Shown here: piece after piece, positions 16,160 to 26,284 of the stretch | Position numbering within the stretch: position 1 is the first letter of the stretch | How the letters are laid out: every line of letters begins with the position of its first letter | DNA from: a virus | Lineage: Duplodnaviria; Caudoviricetes | DNA length: 35,926 nucleotides | Strand: one strand, 5' to 3' | Virus record (IMG/VR): IMGVR_UViG_3300037422_000215 | Location: 1-35,926 of that record | The notes under the pieces: generated by a model | What the model saw: the letters and a program-made list of their open reading frames with translations, nothing else | Told to the model about the DNA's origin: nothing | Database searches by the model: none | Program-made: the position numbers and the translations under genes

Positions 16160-17622
16160 ACCTGCAAGAGAAGCGCGCACGGCTCGAAGAGCTCCGCGCG
16201 CAGATCACCGACCTGTCCGAGCGGGAGACGCTCGACGACGACGGGATCATCGCGCTCGACCTGGCTGTCGACGAAGCCGAGCAGCTTCTCGGCGAGATCC
16301 GTGTCGACGAGGCCCGCGAGGCCCGGATCGTCGAGATCCGCGCGTACGCGAACGCCGGGAACACCACCTCAGGCGACGCGACACGCGATGCCGACCCGCT
16401 CGGCACCGACGCCGACACGACCCGCCGCGGTACCCGCAACCCGTGGGACTACGACGCCGTCCGTGCGCTCAGCATGGGCGACCCCGATCGGGCGATCCCC
16501 GAGATGCGGTCCCGGGCGCTGGATGCTGTCGCCCAGTCCCGCGGGCTCAGCGACGTCCATCGGCAGGCCGCAACCGCACTGATCGAGCGGCTCGACCCCG
16601 AGGACATCGATCAGTCGACCGGGACCGTCCGGGTGCTCAGGCACATCATCGCCGTCTCCGACCCCGTGTACGCGCGGGCGTTCGGACGGTGGATGCGGGC
16701 AGGACTCTCCGGTCGGTCGGACCCCGACGCCGCGCAGATCCTCGCCCGTGCGATGAGCCTCACGGACGCGGCCGGCGGGTATGCAGTCCCGCTGCCGATC
16801 GACCCGACCCTGATCCTCACGAGCGACGGGTCGGCGAACCCGTTCCGGCAGATCGGCCGGGTCGTGCCGGTCGTCACCGACCAGTACCGGACCGTCAACA
16901 CGACCCACGCGAGCTTCTCGTGGGACGCGGAGGCCGCCGAGGTCAGCGACGACGCGACGACGTTTGCCAACATCGACATCACCGTCCACAAGGCGCAGGG
17001 GTTCATCCCGTTCTCGATCGAGATCGGGCAGGACTACCCGAACTTTACGGAGGATGTCGGGCGGATCATCGCCGGCGGGAAGGACGACCTCGAGGCGACC
17101 GCGTTCGCGACCGGCTCGGGTTCCGGTCAGCCGTTCGGGATCGTGACCGCGCTCGACGGGACCAGCAGCGAGATCACCTCGGCGACGACCGACACGTTCG
17201 CGATCGCGGACGTGTACTCGACGATCGAGGCGCTCGGCCCCCGGTTCCGGATGGGCGCATCCTGGGTGTCGAACCTGAACATCCTGAACGACATCCGCCA
17301 GTTCGGCACCGCGAACAACTACCACGGCTTCACGGTCGACCTGACTGCCGAGGGCGTCCCCGCGATCCTCGGGAAGCGCTGGTACGAGTCCTCGGCGATG
17401 GACGGCACCATCAACGCGCTGGCCGACAACAACATCCTCGTCTGCGGTGACTTCTCCAACTACGTCATCGCCGATCGGGTCGGCCTGAGCATCGAGCTCG
17501 TCCCGCACCTGCTGCACACGAGCAACAACCGGCCGTCCGGCCAGCGCGGCTTCTACTGCTACTGGCGAGCGGGGGCCGACAGCGTGAACGACGCAGCGTT
17601 CACCCTGCTCAACGTCACCTGA
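16156..17622 (+). CDS. HK97-fold major capsid protein with N-terminal delta domain
   Basis: Coiled-coil N-terminus, GGYAVP, WDAEAAE, GSGSGQPFGI, ILG, GDFSNYVIADRVG. Confidence 0.93.
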   Translation: MNLQEKRARLEELRAQITDLSERETLDDDGIIALDLAVDEAEQLLGEIRVDEAREARIVEIRAYANAGNTTSGDATRDADPLGTDADTTRRGTRNPWDYDAVRALSMGDPDRAIPEMRSRALDAVAQSRGLSDVHRQAATALIERLDPEDIDQSTGTVRVLRHIIAVSDPVYARAFGRWMRAGLSGRSDPDAAQILARAMSLTDAAGGYAVPLPIDPTLILTSDGSANPFRQIGRVVPVVTDQYRTVNTTHASFSWDAEAAEVSDDATTFANIDITVHKAQGFIPFSIEIGQDYPNFTEDVGRIIAGGKDDLEATAFATGSGSGQPFGIVTALDGTSSEITSATTDTFAIADVYSTIEALGPRFRMGASWVSNLNILNDIRQFGTANNYHGFTVDLTAEGVPAILGKRWYESSAMDGTINALADNNILVCGDFSNYVIADRVGLSIELVPHLLHTSNNRPSGQRGFYCYWRAGADSVNDAAFTLLNVT

Positions 17623-17624
17623 TC

Positions 17625-18080
17625 GTGACGCTCGCGTCTCGGCTCGTCGAGGCGCTCGACGCGATCCCTGCGGCCGCCTGGTCCAGACCGTCGAACATCG
17701 AGACGACCGGCGCCCATCACGGGTACAGGCGACTCGTGCTCGCCGACAACCGACGGCCGCAGGGTCCCGCGCCCTCGTTCGCGTTCGTGCTCGACCTTTT
17801 CGCGCCCGTCCATACGGCGTGGCTCTCCTGGATCGTGCCGGGCGGCTACATCGTCACGCACCGTGACGCCGGCCCGTACCGGGAACGGTGGCAGATCCCG
17901 ATCCTCGCCGGGAACATGGACGGGCTCCCATGCGAACCGGCCCGTCCATTCCGGGTCGAACACTGGCGGCCGCATTCCGTCGCGCCCGTCGCGACGGACC
18001 GGGTGCATCTCGTCATCGACCGTGACGTGCTTCTCGATCACACGGCCCTGCCGTTCACTATCCTCGAGGAGGCATCCTGA
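17625..18080 (+). CDS. Aspartyl/asparaginyl beta-hydroxylase-like 2OG-Fe(II) dioxygenase
   Basis: LSWIVPGGYIVTHRD (HxD)...WQIPI...PHSV...DRVHLVID. Confidence 0.75.
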   Translation: MTLASRLVEALDAIPAAAWSRPSNIETTGAHHGYRRLVLADNRRPQGPAPSFAFVLDLFAPVHTAWLSWIVPGGYIVTHRDAGPYRERWQIPILAGNMDGLPCEPARPFRVEHWRPHSVAPVATDRVHLVIDRDVLLDHTALPFTILEEAS

Positions 18081-18313
18081 TGGCTCTGTACCGTCCGACG
18101 CAGACGATCGTCTGCGCGAACCCCGACGGCGGCCGGCCGGTCGTTCTCGACCCGTCGACGATCATCAACGAGAAGCACTGGGCATACCAGGGCCGCGAGC
18201 AGTTGTTCGAGCCGGTCGAGCAGACCGCCGAACGCGTCGAACAGGCGACCGCCGCGCCCGGCGAGCGGCGAACGCTTCGTAACCCCAAGAAACCGAAGGC
18301 CGAGGCCGAGTGA
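18080..18313 (+). CDS. Small head-associated hypothetical protein
   Basis: VEQATAAPGERR motif, which I associate with post-capsid genes of actinophages. Confidence 0.65.
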   Translation: MALYRPTQTIVCANPDGGRPVVLDPSTIINEKHWAYQGREQLFEPVEQTAERVEQATAAPGERRTLRNPKKPKAEAE

Positions 18314-19206
18314 ACATCGCCCCTGTCGCGCATTCGCGGCACCTGCGGGGCGCCCCGGCCACCCTGAACGTCACCCTCTACGACGAGAACGGCGAACCGG
18401 CCGACGCGGCCGGAACCGTCACCGTCGGGATCACCAAGGCCGACGGCACCGACCTGCTCGCCGCCGGCAGCTCGACCACGAACCCATCCGGGACCGGCAG
18501 TTACGCGCGGGCACTCACCGCCGCGCAGACCGCAACGCTCGAGCTCCTTACCGCGACATGGACCGACGGCGGCGACGCGAGCACACACACGAGTGCCCAC
18601 GAGCTCGTCGGCGCCTACTACTTCAGTCTCACCGAAGCCCGCCAGTCCGACACCGCTCAGCTCCGCCAAGAACGATACGACGACACGCAGCTCATCGAGG
18701 CTCGTCGCGCGGTCGAAGGCGAGTTCGAGATGATCTGCGGCGTCGCGTTCGTCCCGCGTTACGCGCGGGTTCGGCTCGACGGGACCGGCTGCGACACGAT
18801 CAAGGTCCCCGACGCGCTCGTCCGCACTGTCCGCTCAGTCCGGACCTATAGCTCCGGTTCGAGCTACACGACCTTCACGGCTGGCCAACTCGCAGCGATC
18901 CGGGTCGGCGAGACGGGCCGCCGGTCGAGGCTCGTCCGCTCCGACGGCGGCACGTTCGATGCCGGTTGCCAGAACATCGTCATCGAGTACGAGCACGGCC
19001 ACGACCGGCCACCCGCCGAGATCAAGCAGGCCGCGCTCCGGCGGCTCCGCCAAACGCTCGGGCTCGCGAAGTCGGCGATCCCATTCAACGCGATCAGCTT
19101 CACGCCCGAGACCGGCGTCACCTACCGGCTCTCGACACCGTCGATCGAACGGACCGGCGACGCCGACATCGATTCGATCCTCGCACGCTGGTCACTCCGC
19201 GTCTGA
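18310..19206 (+). CDS. Head-tail adaptor with an N-terminal beta-rich extension
   Basis: FEMICGVAF, LDGTG, NIVIEYEHG...PAEIKQAAL, TGDADIDSILARW; position. Confidence 0.75.
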   Translation: MNIAPVAHSRHLRGAPATLNVTLYDENGEPADAAGTVTVGITKADGTDLLAAGSSTTNPSGTGSYARALTAAQTATLELLTATWTDGGDASTHTSAHELVGAYYFSLTEARQSDTAQLRQERYDDTQLIEARRAVEGEFEMICGVAFVPRYARVRLDGTGCDTIKVPDALVRTVRSVRTYSSGSSYTTFTAGQLAAIRVGETGRRSRLVRSDGGTFDAGCQNIVIEYEHGHDRPPAEIKQAALRRLRQTLGLAKSAIPFNAISFTPETGVTYRLSTPSIERTGDADIDSILARWSLRV

Positions 19207-19673
19207 TGGCCGCACGAGGCTTCATCCGGGCGCAGATCCGTCAACGGCTCCACGAACGGCTTCTCGAACATGAGACGCTCACGAACATCGACGTGCAACG
19301 GTCTGTCGCCGCCGGGCATATCGAACAGACCGCCGTGATGATCTTCGACCCGGAAGGTGCCGAGACCGGCATCCGTGATCTACGTGCCGGGAAGAAGGCG
19401 TACCGCGACGAGTTCGAGTTCGATGTCGGCGTGACCGCGCAGGACGGCCATGACAACCCGCACGACGCCGAAGCCCGCTGCGAGGTGCTCGTGAACGCTG
19501 TCCTCGATGTGGTCGCCGACGATCCGACGCTCGGCGGGACCGACATTCCCGGATTCCATCACATCAAGATCATCCGGTATGACGGGCCCGCGTCGTTCCC
19601 GACCGACAACGCCGGATGGACCGCACACGCTGTCATCCGCGTCCAGGCGCTCGCCGAGACAGGAGCAACATGA
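19206..19673 (+). CDS. Tail terminator-like neck protein
   Basis: VADDPTLGG motif; position. Confidence 0.65.
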   Translation: MAARGFIRAQIRQRLHERLLEHETLTNIDVQRSVAAGHIEQTAVMIFDPEGAETGIRDLRAGKKAYRDEFEFDVGVTAQDGHDNPHDAEARCEVLVNAVLDVVADDPTLGGTDIPGFHHIKIIRYDGPASFPTDNAGWTAHAVIRVQALAETGAT

Positions 19674-19897
19674 ACGACACGGTGACGCTCACCTACTGTG
19701 GCCCGCAAGAGGCGGTCGAGGTCAACTTCGCTGGCCGCTGGTACGCGTTCACGAACGGCGTGCCGCAAGAGGTGCCGGCGGTCCTCGCGCACGGCGGCGA
19801 CACACCGACCGGTCTGACCGCCGGCCTGCTGGTGCAGGGCGACGGGAAGTGGTGGAAGGTCGCCGACAAGAAGAAGCCGGCGAAGGACGAGGAGTAA
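19670..19897 (+). CDS. Small hypothetical protein upstream of the tail tube gene
   Basis: AGGAG RBS; ATGA overlap. Confidence 0.6.
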   Translation: MNDTVTLTYCGPQEAVEVNFAGRWYAFTNGVPQEVPAVLAHGGDTPTGLTAGLLVQGDGKWWKVADKKKPAKDEE

Positions 19898-19901
19898 CCG
19901 A

Positions 19902-20879
19902 ATGTCCGTCGACACACAACTCGGATTCAAAGATGAGGTGACATGGGGGACCGCGGTCACCGTCGACCGGTTCAGCCCGCTCCTGTCCGAGAAGATCGCC
20001 CCGCAGGTCGCGCGTCTGCACTCCGAGGCCCGCCGTGCGGGCGAGCTCGTAATGCGCAACGACGGGATCCCGATCGTGAAGGGCTACTCCGGCCCGGTCG
20101 AGATCCCGATCTACAGCAAGGACTTCGGGTTCTGGTTGAAGCACCTCTGCGGGACGGTCGCGACGGCGGGCCCGACCGACAGCGCCTACACGCATACCGG
20201 CACGATCGGGACGCTGCTCGCCGACAGTTTCACCGCGCAGGTGAACCGGCCGTTCCACGATGCCGGCACGAACCAGGCGTTCACCTACGAAGGCGGCAAG
20301 ATCACGAGCTGGGAGCTGACCGCCGCGGTCGACGAAGAAGCGAAACTCGCGATGGAATGCGACTTCGAAGATTGCTCGACCGCGACCGCGCTCGCGACCG
20401 CCTCGTACACCGCGAGCATGGAACTCCTGAACTGGGCGCATGCCGAATCGAACCTGACGATCGGCGGCAGCGCCTACCCGGTCACCAAGTTCAGCCTCAA
20501 GGTCGACAGCAAACTGAAGACCGACCGGCACTACATCCGCGGCTCCGCCCTCAAGAAGCAGCAGGTGCAGGCCGGGTTCCGTGAGATCACCTGGGAGCTC
20601 GAAGGCGACTTCGACGCACTCACCCACTACAACCGTGTGATCGCCGCGACCTCCGCGGCGGCGCACGCCGCGATCGTCGTCACCCTGAAGGCGAACACGC
20701 TCATCGGCGTCAGCTCGGAGGCGGCGTTGGTGATCACGATCCCCGCCGCACGGTTCGACGAGATCGACCTCGAGAACGGGATGGACCCGAACATGCAGAC
20801 CCTGTCGGGGACCGCCTGGTACGACGCGTCCGCATCCGCGGTGAGCCTCGCCTACACGACCTCGCAGAGCACCCCCTGA
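19902..20879 (+). CDS. Major tail tube protein
   Basis: QLGFKDEVTWGTAVT, YTHT, YEGGKITSWEL, GFREIT; position. Confidence 0.85.
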   Translation: MSVDTQLGFKDEVTWGTAVTVDRFSPLLSEKIAPQVARLHSEARRAGELVMRNDGIPIVKGYSGPVEIPIYSKDFGFWLKHLCGTVATAGPTDSAYTHTGTIGTLLADSFTAQVNRPFHDAGTNQAFTYEGGKITSWELTAAVDEEAKLAMECDFEDCSTATALATASYTASMELLNWAHAESNLTIGGSAYPVTKFSLKVDSKLKTDRHYIRGSALKKQQVQAGFREITWELEGDFDALTHYNRVIAATSAAAHAAIVVTLKANTLIGVSSEAALVITIPAARFDEIDLENGMDPNMQTLSGTAWYDASASAVSLAYTTSQSTP

Positions 20880-20882
20880 CCG

Positions 20883-21389
20883 ATGGCCGCCGTCTCGCGG
20901 CGTACGTCGACGGACGCGATCCGCATCGAAGGACTCGCCGACTTCCAGCGTGCAGTCCGGGCGGCCGGGCCACGCTTCGCCCGCGAACTGCGCAACGCGA
21001 ACCGTGACGCCGCCGAGACCGTCGCCGACACCGCCCGTGCACGTGCACGGTCCCTCGGCGGGATGCAGGCCAGGGCCGCGACCACGATCAAAGCCCGCGG
21101 CGAGCAACGGTACGCGAAACTCACACTCGGCGACGCCCGCCACCCGGAGGCGCTGGGCGCGAACTTCGGCGCCTACCACGATCGGATCCGCAACACACGC
21201 CGCGGGATCCAGGCCGGCTGGAACCAGTTCCCCGAATGGGGCGGCAACCAGTTCACCGGCGGTGCCCGCGACCAGTTCCTCTACTGGGCGGTCCGCCGTT
21301 CCCGCCAGACCGGCGAGTTCGCGGCCGCCTACGAGCAGGCGCTCGACCGGCTCATCCGCCTCCTCAGCGACAACCAAGGGACGCCCTGA
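20883..21389 (+). CDS. HK97 gp10-like tail completion protein
   Basis: IRIEGLADFQRAVR...ANFG...FLYWA. Confidence 0.6.
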   Translation: MAAVSRRTSTDAIRIEGLADFQRAVRAAGPRFARELRNANRDAAETVADTARARARSLGGMQARAATTIKARGEQRYAKLTLGDARHPEALGANFGAYHDRIRNTRRGIQAGWNQFPEWGGNQFTGGARDQFLYWAVRRSRQTGEFAAAYEQALDRLIRLLSDNQGTP

Positions 21390-21706
21390 TGCCGCCCGAA
21401 CAGCCCCGCAAGCGTGACGACGACATCGACCCGTTCAAGGTGACGTTGACGGACGGCCGGACCGTCGTCTGCGACCCACGATCCCTCACATTCGCGGACC
21501 GGCGCGACATCAAACGTGAAATCCGTCAGATCGCCGACGACGACGACGACCTCGACGAGCTGATGATGCCGGCGCTCGCCTGGGTTCACCTCCGGCGCGA
21601 CGGACATCCCGACACGCTCGAGGACGTCTGCGGGCTCCTGACCGTCGGGGCGGTCGCCGACGGGATCCGTGAAAGCGAACAGGACCCTTCCGACCCGGAA
21701 GCGTGA
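21389..21706 (+). CDS. Tail assembly chaperone (gpG-like)
   Basis: Acidic ORF of about 105 aa between tail tube and tape measure genes. Confidence 0.7.
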   Translation: MPPEQPRKRDDDIDPFKVTLTDGRTVVCDPRSLTFADRRDIKREIRQIADDDDDLDELMMPALAWVHLRRDGHPDTLEDVCGLLTVGAVADGIRESEQDPSDPEA

Positions 21707-21876
21707 GGCGCCGTCTACGGACGACGTGGCCGGCGCTCTCCCATCTCTACGGCCTCCACCCGTACGACCTCGACCGCCTCACGCCAGGCGAGCTCGACGC
21801 CTACCTGACGGATCTCGACCGGCACGTGAAGGCGTTGAAGGCCGCCGAACGTCAAGCCCGCCAGCGGAGGATGTGA
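21703..21876 (+). CDS. Tail assembly chaperone extension (gpT-like), in the -1 frame
   Basis: Own translation ...WPALSHLYGLHPYDLDRLTPGELDAYL...; frame open from 21673. Confidence 0.65.
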   Translation: MRRRLRTTWPALSHLYGLHPYDLDRLTPGELDAYLTDLDRHVKALKAAERQARQRRM

Positions 21877-21880
21877 TCGG

Positions 21881-23653
21881 ATGGCGACACGCCGCCTCGA
21901 GCTGATCATCGCGGGTGACGCGAAGGGACTGAACCGGGTCCTCGGCGAGGTCGACGGGTTCGGCAAGAAGCTCTCCGGGAAGCTCCGCAGCATCGGCCGG
22001 GCCGGCGCGCTCGCATTCGGCGGCGCCGCGGTCGGTGTCGGCGCGGGGCTCGTCGACGCGTTCGGCGAGGCCCGTGAGGCCGAGAAGATCGGGCGGGTCA
22101 CCGCTCAGCTCGTCAAGACGACCGGCGGCGCCGCGAACGTCACCGCCGGCCAGGTCGCCGGGCTCTCCGAAAAGCTCGCCGCGCAGATCGGTGTCGACGA
22201 CGAGCTGATCCAGGCGAACGCGAACGTGCTCCTCTCGTTCAAGCAAGTCGCGAACCAGGCCGGTGCCGGCAACAACATCTTCGACCGGACTGTCGCGCTC
22301 TCCCAGGACATGGCGCAGGTGCTCGGCACCGACTCGAAAGCCGCGACGCTGCAGCTCGGCAAGGCGCTCGCGAACCCGGTCAAAGGGCTTACCGCCCTCA
22401 CCCGTGCGGGTGTCGTGTTCACGAAGCAGCAGCGTGAACAGATCGAGCAGCTCGTCGAATCCGGCGATCTGCTCGGCGCGCAGAAGATCATCCTCGGAGA
22501 GGTCGAAGGCGAGTTCGGCGGCGCCGCGAAAGCGGCGGCGGATCCGATGGCGAAGCTCGGGATCGTCGTCGACAACCTGAAGGAGAAGGTCGGCCTCGCG
22601 CTCCTGCCGGTCGTCGAGAAGGCAGCGACGTGGCTCGGCGAGAACCTCCCGATCATGATCGAACGCGCGAAACCGATCGTCCGAGGTATCGGCGAGGTGT
22701 TCGGGTGGCTCGGCGACCGGATCCGCACCATCGTCGAATGGGTCCGGGCGAACTGGCCGCAGATCCAGGCGACGATCAGCCGGGTCCTCGAGCAGGTCCG
22801 TGCGAAGGTGCAGGCGGTCGTCGCGGTCGTCCAAGCACTCTGGGCACGGTTCGGTGAACGGATCCTCAACCAGGCCCGGGCCGTCTGGGAGTTCATCGTC
22901 CGGATCGTCACCGCCGCGGTCGAGGCGGTCCGTGGCGTGATCAAGATCGTCACGGCGCTCATCCGCGGCGACTGGGGCGCCGTATGGAACGGGATCAAAC
23001 AGTTGGTCTCGGGAATCTGGGACGGGATCAAGGCGATCATCGCGGGCGCGATCGCGACGATCAAGAACACGCTCGCGATCGTCCTCGAAGCGATCAAAGG
23101 GCTCTGGTCCGCCGCGTGGGGATGGGTCTCACGCGAGGTCTCCGAAGCGTGGGATGGGATCAAACGGACGGTCTGGACAGCGATCGGTACGGTCGTCCGT
23201 TGGGTCGGCGACATCGCTCACCGGTTCACGTCCGTGCTCGGCGATATCGCCGGGATCCTCGTCGCGCCGTTCCGTGAGGCGTTCAACGCGATCGCCCGGC
23301 TCTGGAACAGCACCGTCGGGAAACTCCATTTCGAGATCCCGGGCTGGATCCCGTTCCTCGGCGGCAAGTCGTTCGACGTGCCAGACATCCCGACGTTGCA
23401 TCAAGGCGGAGAGTTCCGTGCACCCGTCCCCGGCGGCGAAGGGCTCGCGTTGCTCCGAGACCGTGAACGGGTCCTCCCGCCCGGCGTGTTCGGCACGTTC
23501 GCCGGCACGTCGACCAGCGTCGTGATCGAGATGCATGTGACAGCCCCACCGGGCGCGGATCGTGGCTGGCTCCACTGGCTCGCCGACGAGGTGCACCGCG
23601 ACAGCCGAGACGGAGGCCCGTTGAGCAACGCGATCCGGAAGGCCGTGAGCTGA
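21881..23653 (+). CDS. Tape measure protein
   Basis: QLGKALANPVKGLTALTRAGV, periodic Trp repeats (GDWGAVWNGIK), IPTLHQGG. Confidence 0.93.
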   Translation: MATRRLELIIAGDAKGLNRVLGEVDGFGKKLSGKLRSIGRAGALAFGGAAVGVGAGLVDAFGEAREAEKIGRVTAQLVKTTGGAANVTAGQVAGLSEKLAAQIGVDDELIQANANVLLSFKQVANQAGAGNNIFDRTVALSQDMAQVLGTDSKAATLQLGKALANPVKGLTALTRAGVVFTKQQREQIEQLVESGDLLGAQKIILGEVEGEFGGAAKAAADPMAKLGIVVDNLKEKVGLALLPVVEKAATWLGENLPIMIERAKPIVRGIGEVFGWLGDRIRTIVEWVRANWPQIQATISRVLEQVRAKVQAVVAVVQALWARFGERILNQARAVWEFIVRIVTAAVEAVRGVIKIVTALIRGDWGAVWNGIKQLVSGIWDGIKAIIAGAIATIKNTLAIVLEAIKGLWSAAWGWVSREVSEAWDGIKRTVWTAIGTVVRWVGDIAHRFTSVLGDIAGILVAPFREAFNAIARLWNSTVGKLHFEIPGWIPFLGGKSFDVPDIPTLHQGGEFRAPVPGGEGLALLRDRERVLPPGVFGTFAGTSTSVVIEMHVTAPPGADRGWLHWLADEVHRDSRDGGPLSNAIRKAVS

Positions 23654-24333
23654 TGGCGACACCGCCGTCACTCCCGACCACATGGGCGAACAGCTCGCTG
23701 CGCGAGGACAACCTGCCGGGCGCGGTGAACGACCTCGCGACCGCGGCGAACACTGCGTTCCCGGTCGGTGTCGCCGCATGGACCGACTACACGCCCGCGT
23801 TGACCGCGTTCACGACGAACCCGACGCTCGGTACCGGCAGCGTCCAATACGGCCGCCGGTTCCAGATCGGCAAGCTCGTCGTCTGCCAGTTCAAGATCAA
23901 GTTCGGGACCTCGGGGACGGCCGCAGGCAGCGGCCTCTACTTCGTCAGCATCCCGACCGCGACGACCGCGAACGCCGTGACACACAACCTGCCGGTAGGT
24001 CACGGCTACCTGCTCGACAACTCGAGCGGTGGCCCCGGCGCCTACCGGCAGGTGACGTTCTACGCGGCGACGACCACGACCGCGCTCGTCGCGCTCGGCG
24101 ACAACCACACCGGCACGCTCCCGACGTTCACCGCATCGAACCTGACGACCGACCGGACCTACAACGCGGACGCGACGAGCCTCGACGAGCTCGCCGACGT
24201 GCTCGGCACGCTCGCCGCCGACCTGACAACCCTGACCGGCGGGAACACGCTCGATCTCGTCCAGCACAACGCGCCGTGGTCGTGGGCCGCGTCCGACGCG
24301 ATCGTCGGCCAGTACATGTACGAGGCGGCCTGA
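23653..24333 (+). CDS. Minor tail protein
   Basis: WTDYTP...TLG.G...GR..QIGKLV beta-sandwich-like segment; position. Confidence 0.65.
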   Translation: MATPPSLPTTWANSSLREDNLPGAVNDLATAANTAFPVGVAAWTDYTPALTAFTTNPTLGTGSVQYGRRFQIGKLVVCQFKIKFGTSGTAAGSGLYFVSIPTATTANAVTHNLPVGHGYLLDNSSGGPGAYRQVTFYAATTTTALVALGDNHTGTLPTFTASNLTTDRTYNADATSLDELADVLGTLAADLTTLTGGNTLDLVQHNAPWSWAASDAIVGQYMYEAA

Positions 24334-25112
24334 TGCCCACACTCGGCTCGATCCTCTCGACGACGAACGTCGCGACCGACGGTCTGCCGACCTCGGGCGG
24401 GACGATGACCGGCGATCTCACGCTCGTCGGCAACCCGACATCGGCGAACCATGCGGCGACGAAGCAGTACGTCGATTCGGTCGCGACCGGGTCGATCACC
24501 GACTGGAAAGAGGCGGTCGCCTGCGCGACGACCGGCAACATCACACTGTCCGGCGAGCAGACGATCGACGGCATCGCGACGGCCGCGTCTCGCGTGCTGG
24601 TGAAGAACCAGACGACCGGCGCCCAGAACGGCATCTACGTGAGCGCGGCCGGCGCATGGGCACGCTCCGCCGACGCGGACGTCACCGGCGAGATCACCCA
24701 AGGGACCGCGGTGCTCGTCGCCGGAGGCAGCACGCAGATCGGCACGACCTGGTTCGTCACCACGACCGGGACGATCACGATCGGTACGACCCCGATCACT
24801 TGGGTGCAGATCACCGCCGGCGGCAGCGCGTCCTACAACTACAGCATCCGGACTGTCTCCGGCGCGACGACGATCACGAGCGGCGACCAGGTTCTGATCA
24901 CCACCGGTACCGCGGACCACACGATCAGCCTCCCCGCCATCGCGTCCGCGCCACAGCACCTCTTCGTCGTCAAGGCCTCCGGCGGGTCGAACCAGGTGAC
25001 GATCGACACCGCCGATACCGCGCTGATCATGGGCTTCGCGACATTCGTCCTCGACGAACCGTGGGATTCCGTGCACCTCATCAAATCCGGCGCCGACTGG
25101 GTGGCACTCTGA
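24333..25112 (+). CDS. Tail fibre-like protein
   Basis: GGTMTGDL..PT...HAATKQYVD, LSGEQTIDG, RVLVKNQT..QNGIY. Confidence 0.75.
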   Translation: MPTLGSILSTTNVATDGLPTSGGTMTGDLTLVGNPTSANHAATKQYVDSVATGSITDWKEAVACATTGNITLSGEQTIDGIATAASRVLVKNQTTGAQNGIYVSAAGAWARSADADVTGEITQGTAVLVAGGSTQIGTTWFVTTTGTITIGTTPITWVQITAGGSASYNYSIRTVSGATTITSGDQVLITTGTADHTISLPAIASAPQHLFVVKASGGSNQVTIDTADTALIMGFATFVLDEPWDSVHLIKSGADWVAL

Positions 25113-26284
25113 TGGAACTGTCATTCTGGCAGAAGCGATTCACGGTCATCCCCTCCGACGCGCCGACCGCATGGAAGAACCGCGGCCGGTACGTGTGCGA
25201 CGGGACGAACGACCAGGTCGAGATCAACGCCGCGATCACCGACGCGTTCAACACCTCCGGAACCGCCGAAGGCGGGTTCGTGCAGCTCTGCCCCGGCACC
25301 TACACGATCGCGCATCCGGGCGTGACGATGCTCGGCCGGACGATCCTGCGCGGCGCCGGCGCCGCGACAGTCCTCTCGGGGACCGGCACATGGTCGACAC
25401 GTTCCGGGCTGATCACATTGAGCGACGACGACGACAGCGAACGGTGGCTCGTCGAAGGATTCATGCTCCGCGGGAACAACATCGCGAACTGCGACGGCGT
25501 CTATGTCAAGATCGACATCGGCGGTGGCGGCGGGAACTTCACCGGCGACGGCGACGTCGACGCCGCCGGACGGATCGATCTCATCTGGATCTGGAACACC
25601 GACTACGGCGTCCACATCGACAGCATCGGGACGAACGGCGACGCGCAGGCGATCCTCACCAGCCGCGTCCGGATCCGCAACACACGGAGCAGCGGGATCC
25701 GCAGCAACGTCGCCGACAACCACTTCCACATGGTCGACGTCGGCGGCTGCTCCGACGCGAATCCCGGTGCCGGGATCGAGATTCTCCAGGCGAACAACAA
25801 GATCTCGAACAGCAAGTTCTGGTACACGACCCGTGCCAGCGGGTCGTCCGCCGATTGGCACGGCGCCGGAATGCGGATCGGTTCGGCCGGCAACCACATC
25901 AGCAATGTGATCTGCCAGGAGAACCAGGGGCACGGAGCGATCCTCGTCAACGCGTCCGGCCAGTTCGGCGCCCGGACGAAAATCGATATCGTCGCCCACG
26001 CGAACAGCCGTGGTAACGAAGGTGTCTACGACGGATTCCATGCCGCGTCGGGCGCCCACCATTTCGTCGCTGATGTCGTCTCGCATTCCGCCGGCGCGGA
26101 CGGCCGTCACCGCGCCGGTGTTGGACTGATCGCGCCGACCGACTTCCTCGTCAGGATCGTGAGCGACAAGGGTCTCACCGGCGACGCTGACGTCGACGAC
26201 GTGTTCATCTCCGGGACACCACACCGGGGCGCGATCCAGGCCGCGTCCGCCGACGGCTACAGCCTCACGACCTACCCGACATGA
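25112..26284 (+). CDS. Right-handed beta-helix tailspike/depolymerase-like protein
   Basis: CDGTNDQVEINAAI, VQLCPGTY, LRGAG; Asn/Gly/Ile repeats. Confidence 0.7.
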   Translation: MELSFWQKRFTVIPSDAPTAWKNRGRYVCDGTNDQVEINAAITDAFNTSGTAEGGFVQLCPGTYTIAHPGVTMLGRTILRGAGAATVLSGTGTWSTRSGLITLSDDDDSERWLVEGFMLRGNNIANCDGVYVKIDIGGGGGNFTGDGDVDAAGRIDLIWIWNTDYGVHIDSIGTNGDAQAILTSRVRIRNTRSSGIRSNVADNHFHMVDVGGCSDANPGAGIEILQANNKISNSKFWYTTRASGSSADWHGAGMRIGSAGNHISNVICQENQGHGAILVNASGQFGARTKIDIVAHANSRGNEGVYDGFHAASGAHHFVADVVSHSAGADGRHRAGVGLIAPTDFLVRIVSDKGLTGDADVDDVFISGTPHRGAIQAASADGYSLTTYPT

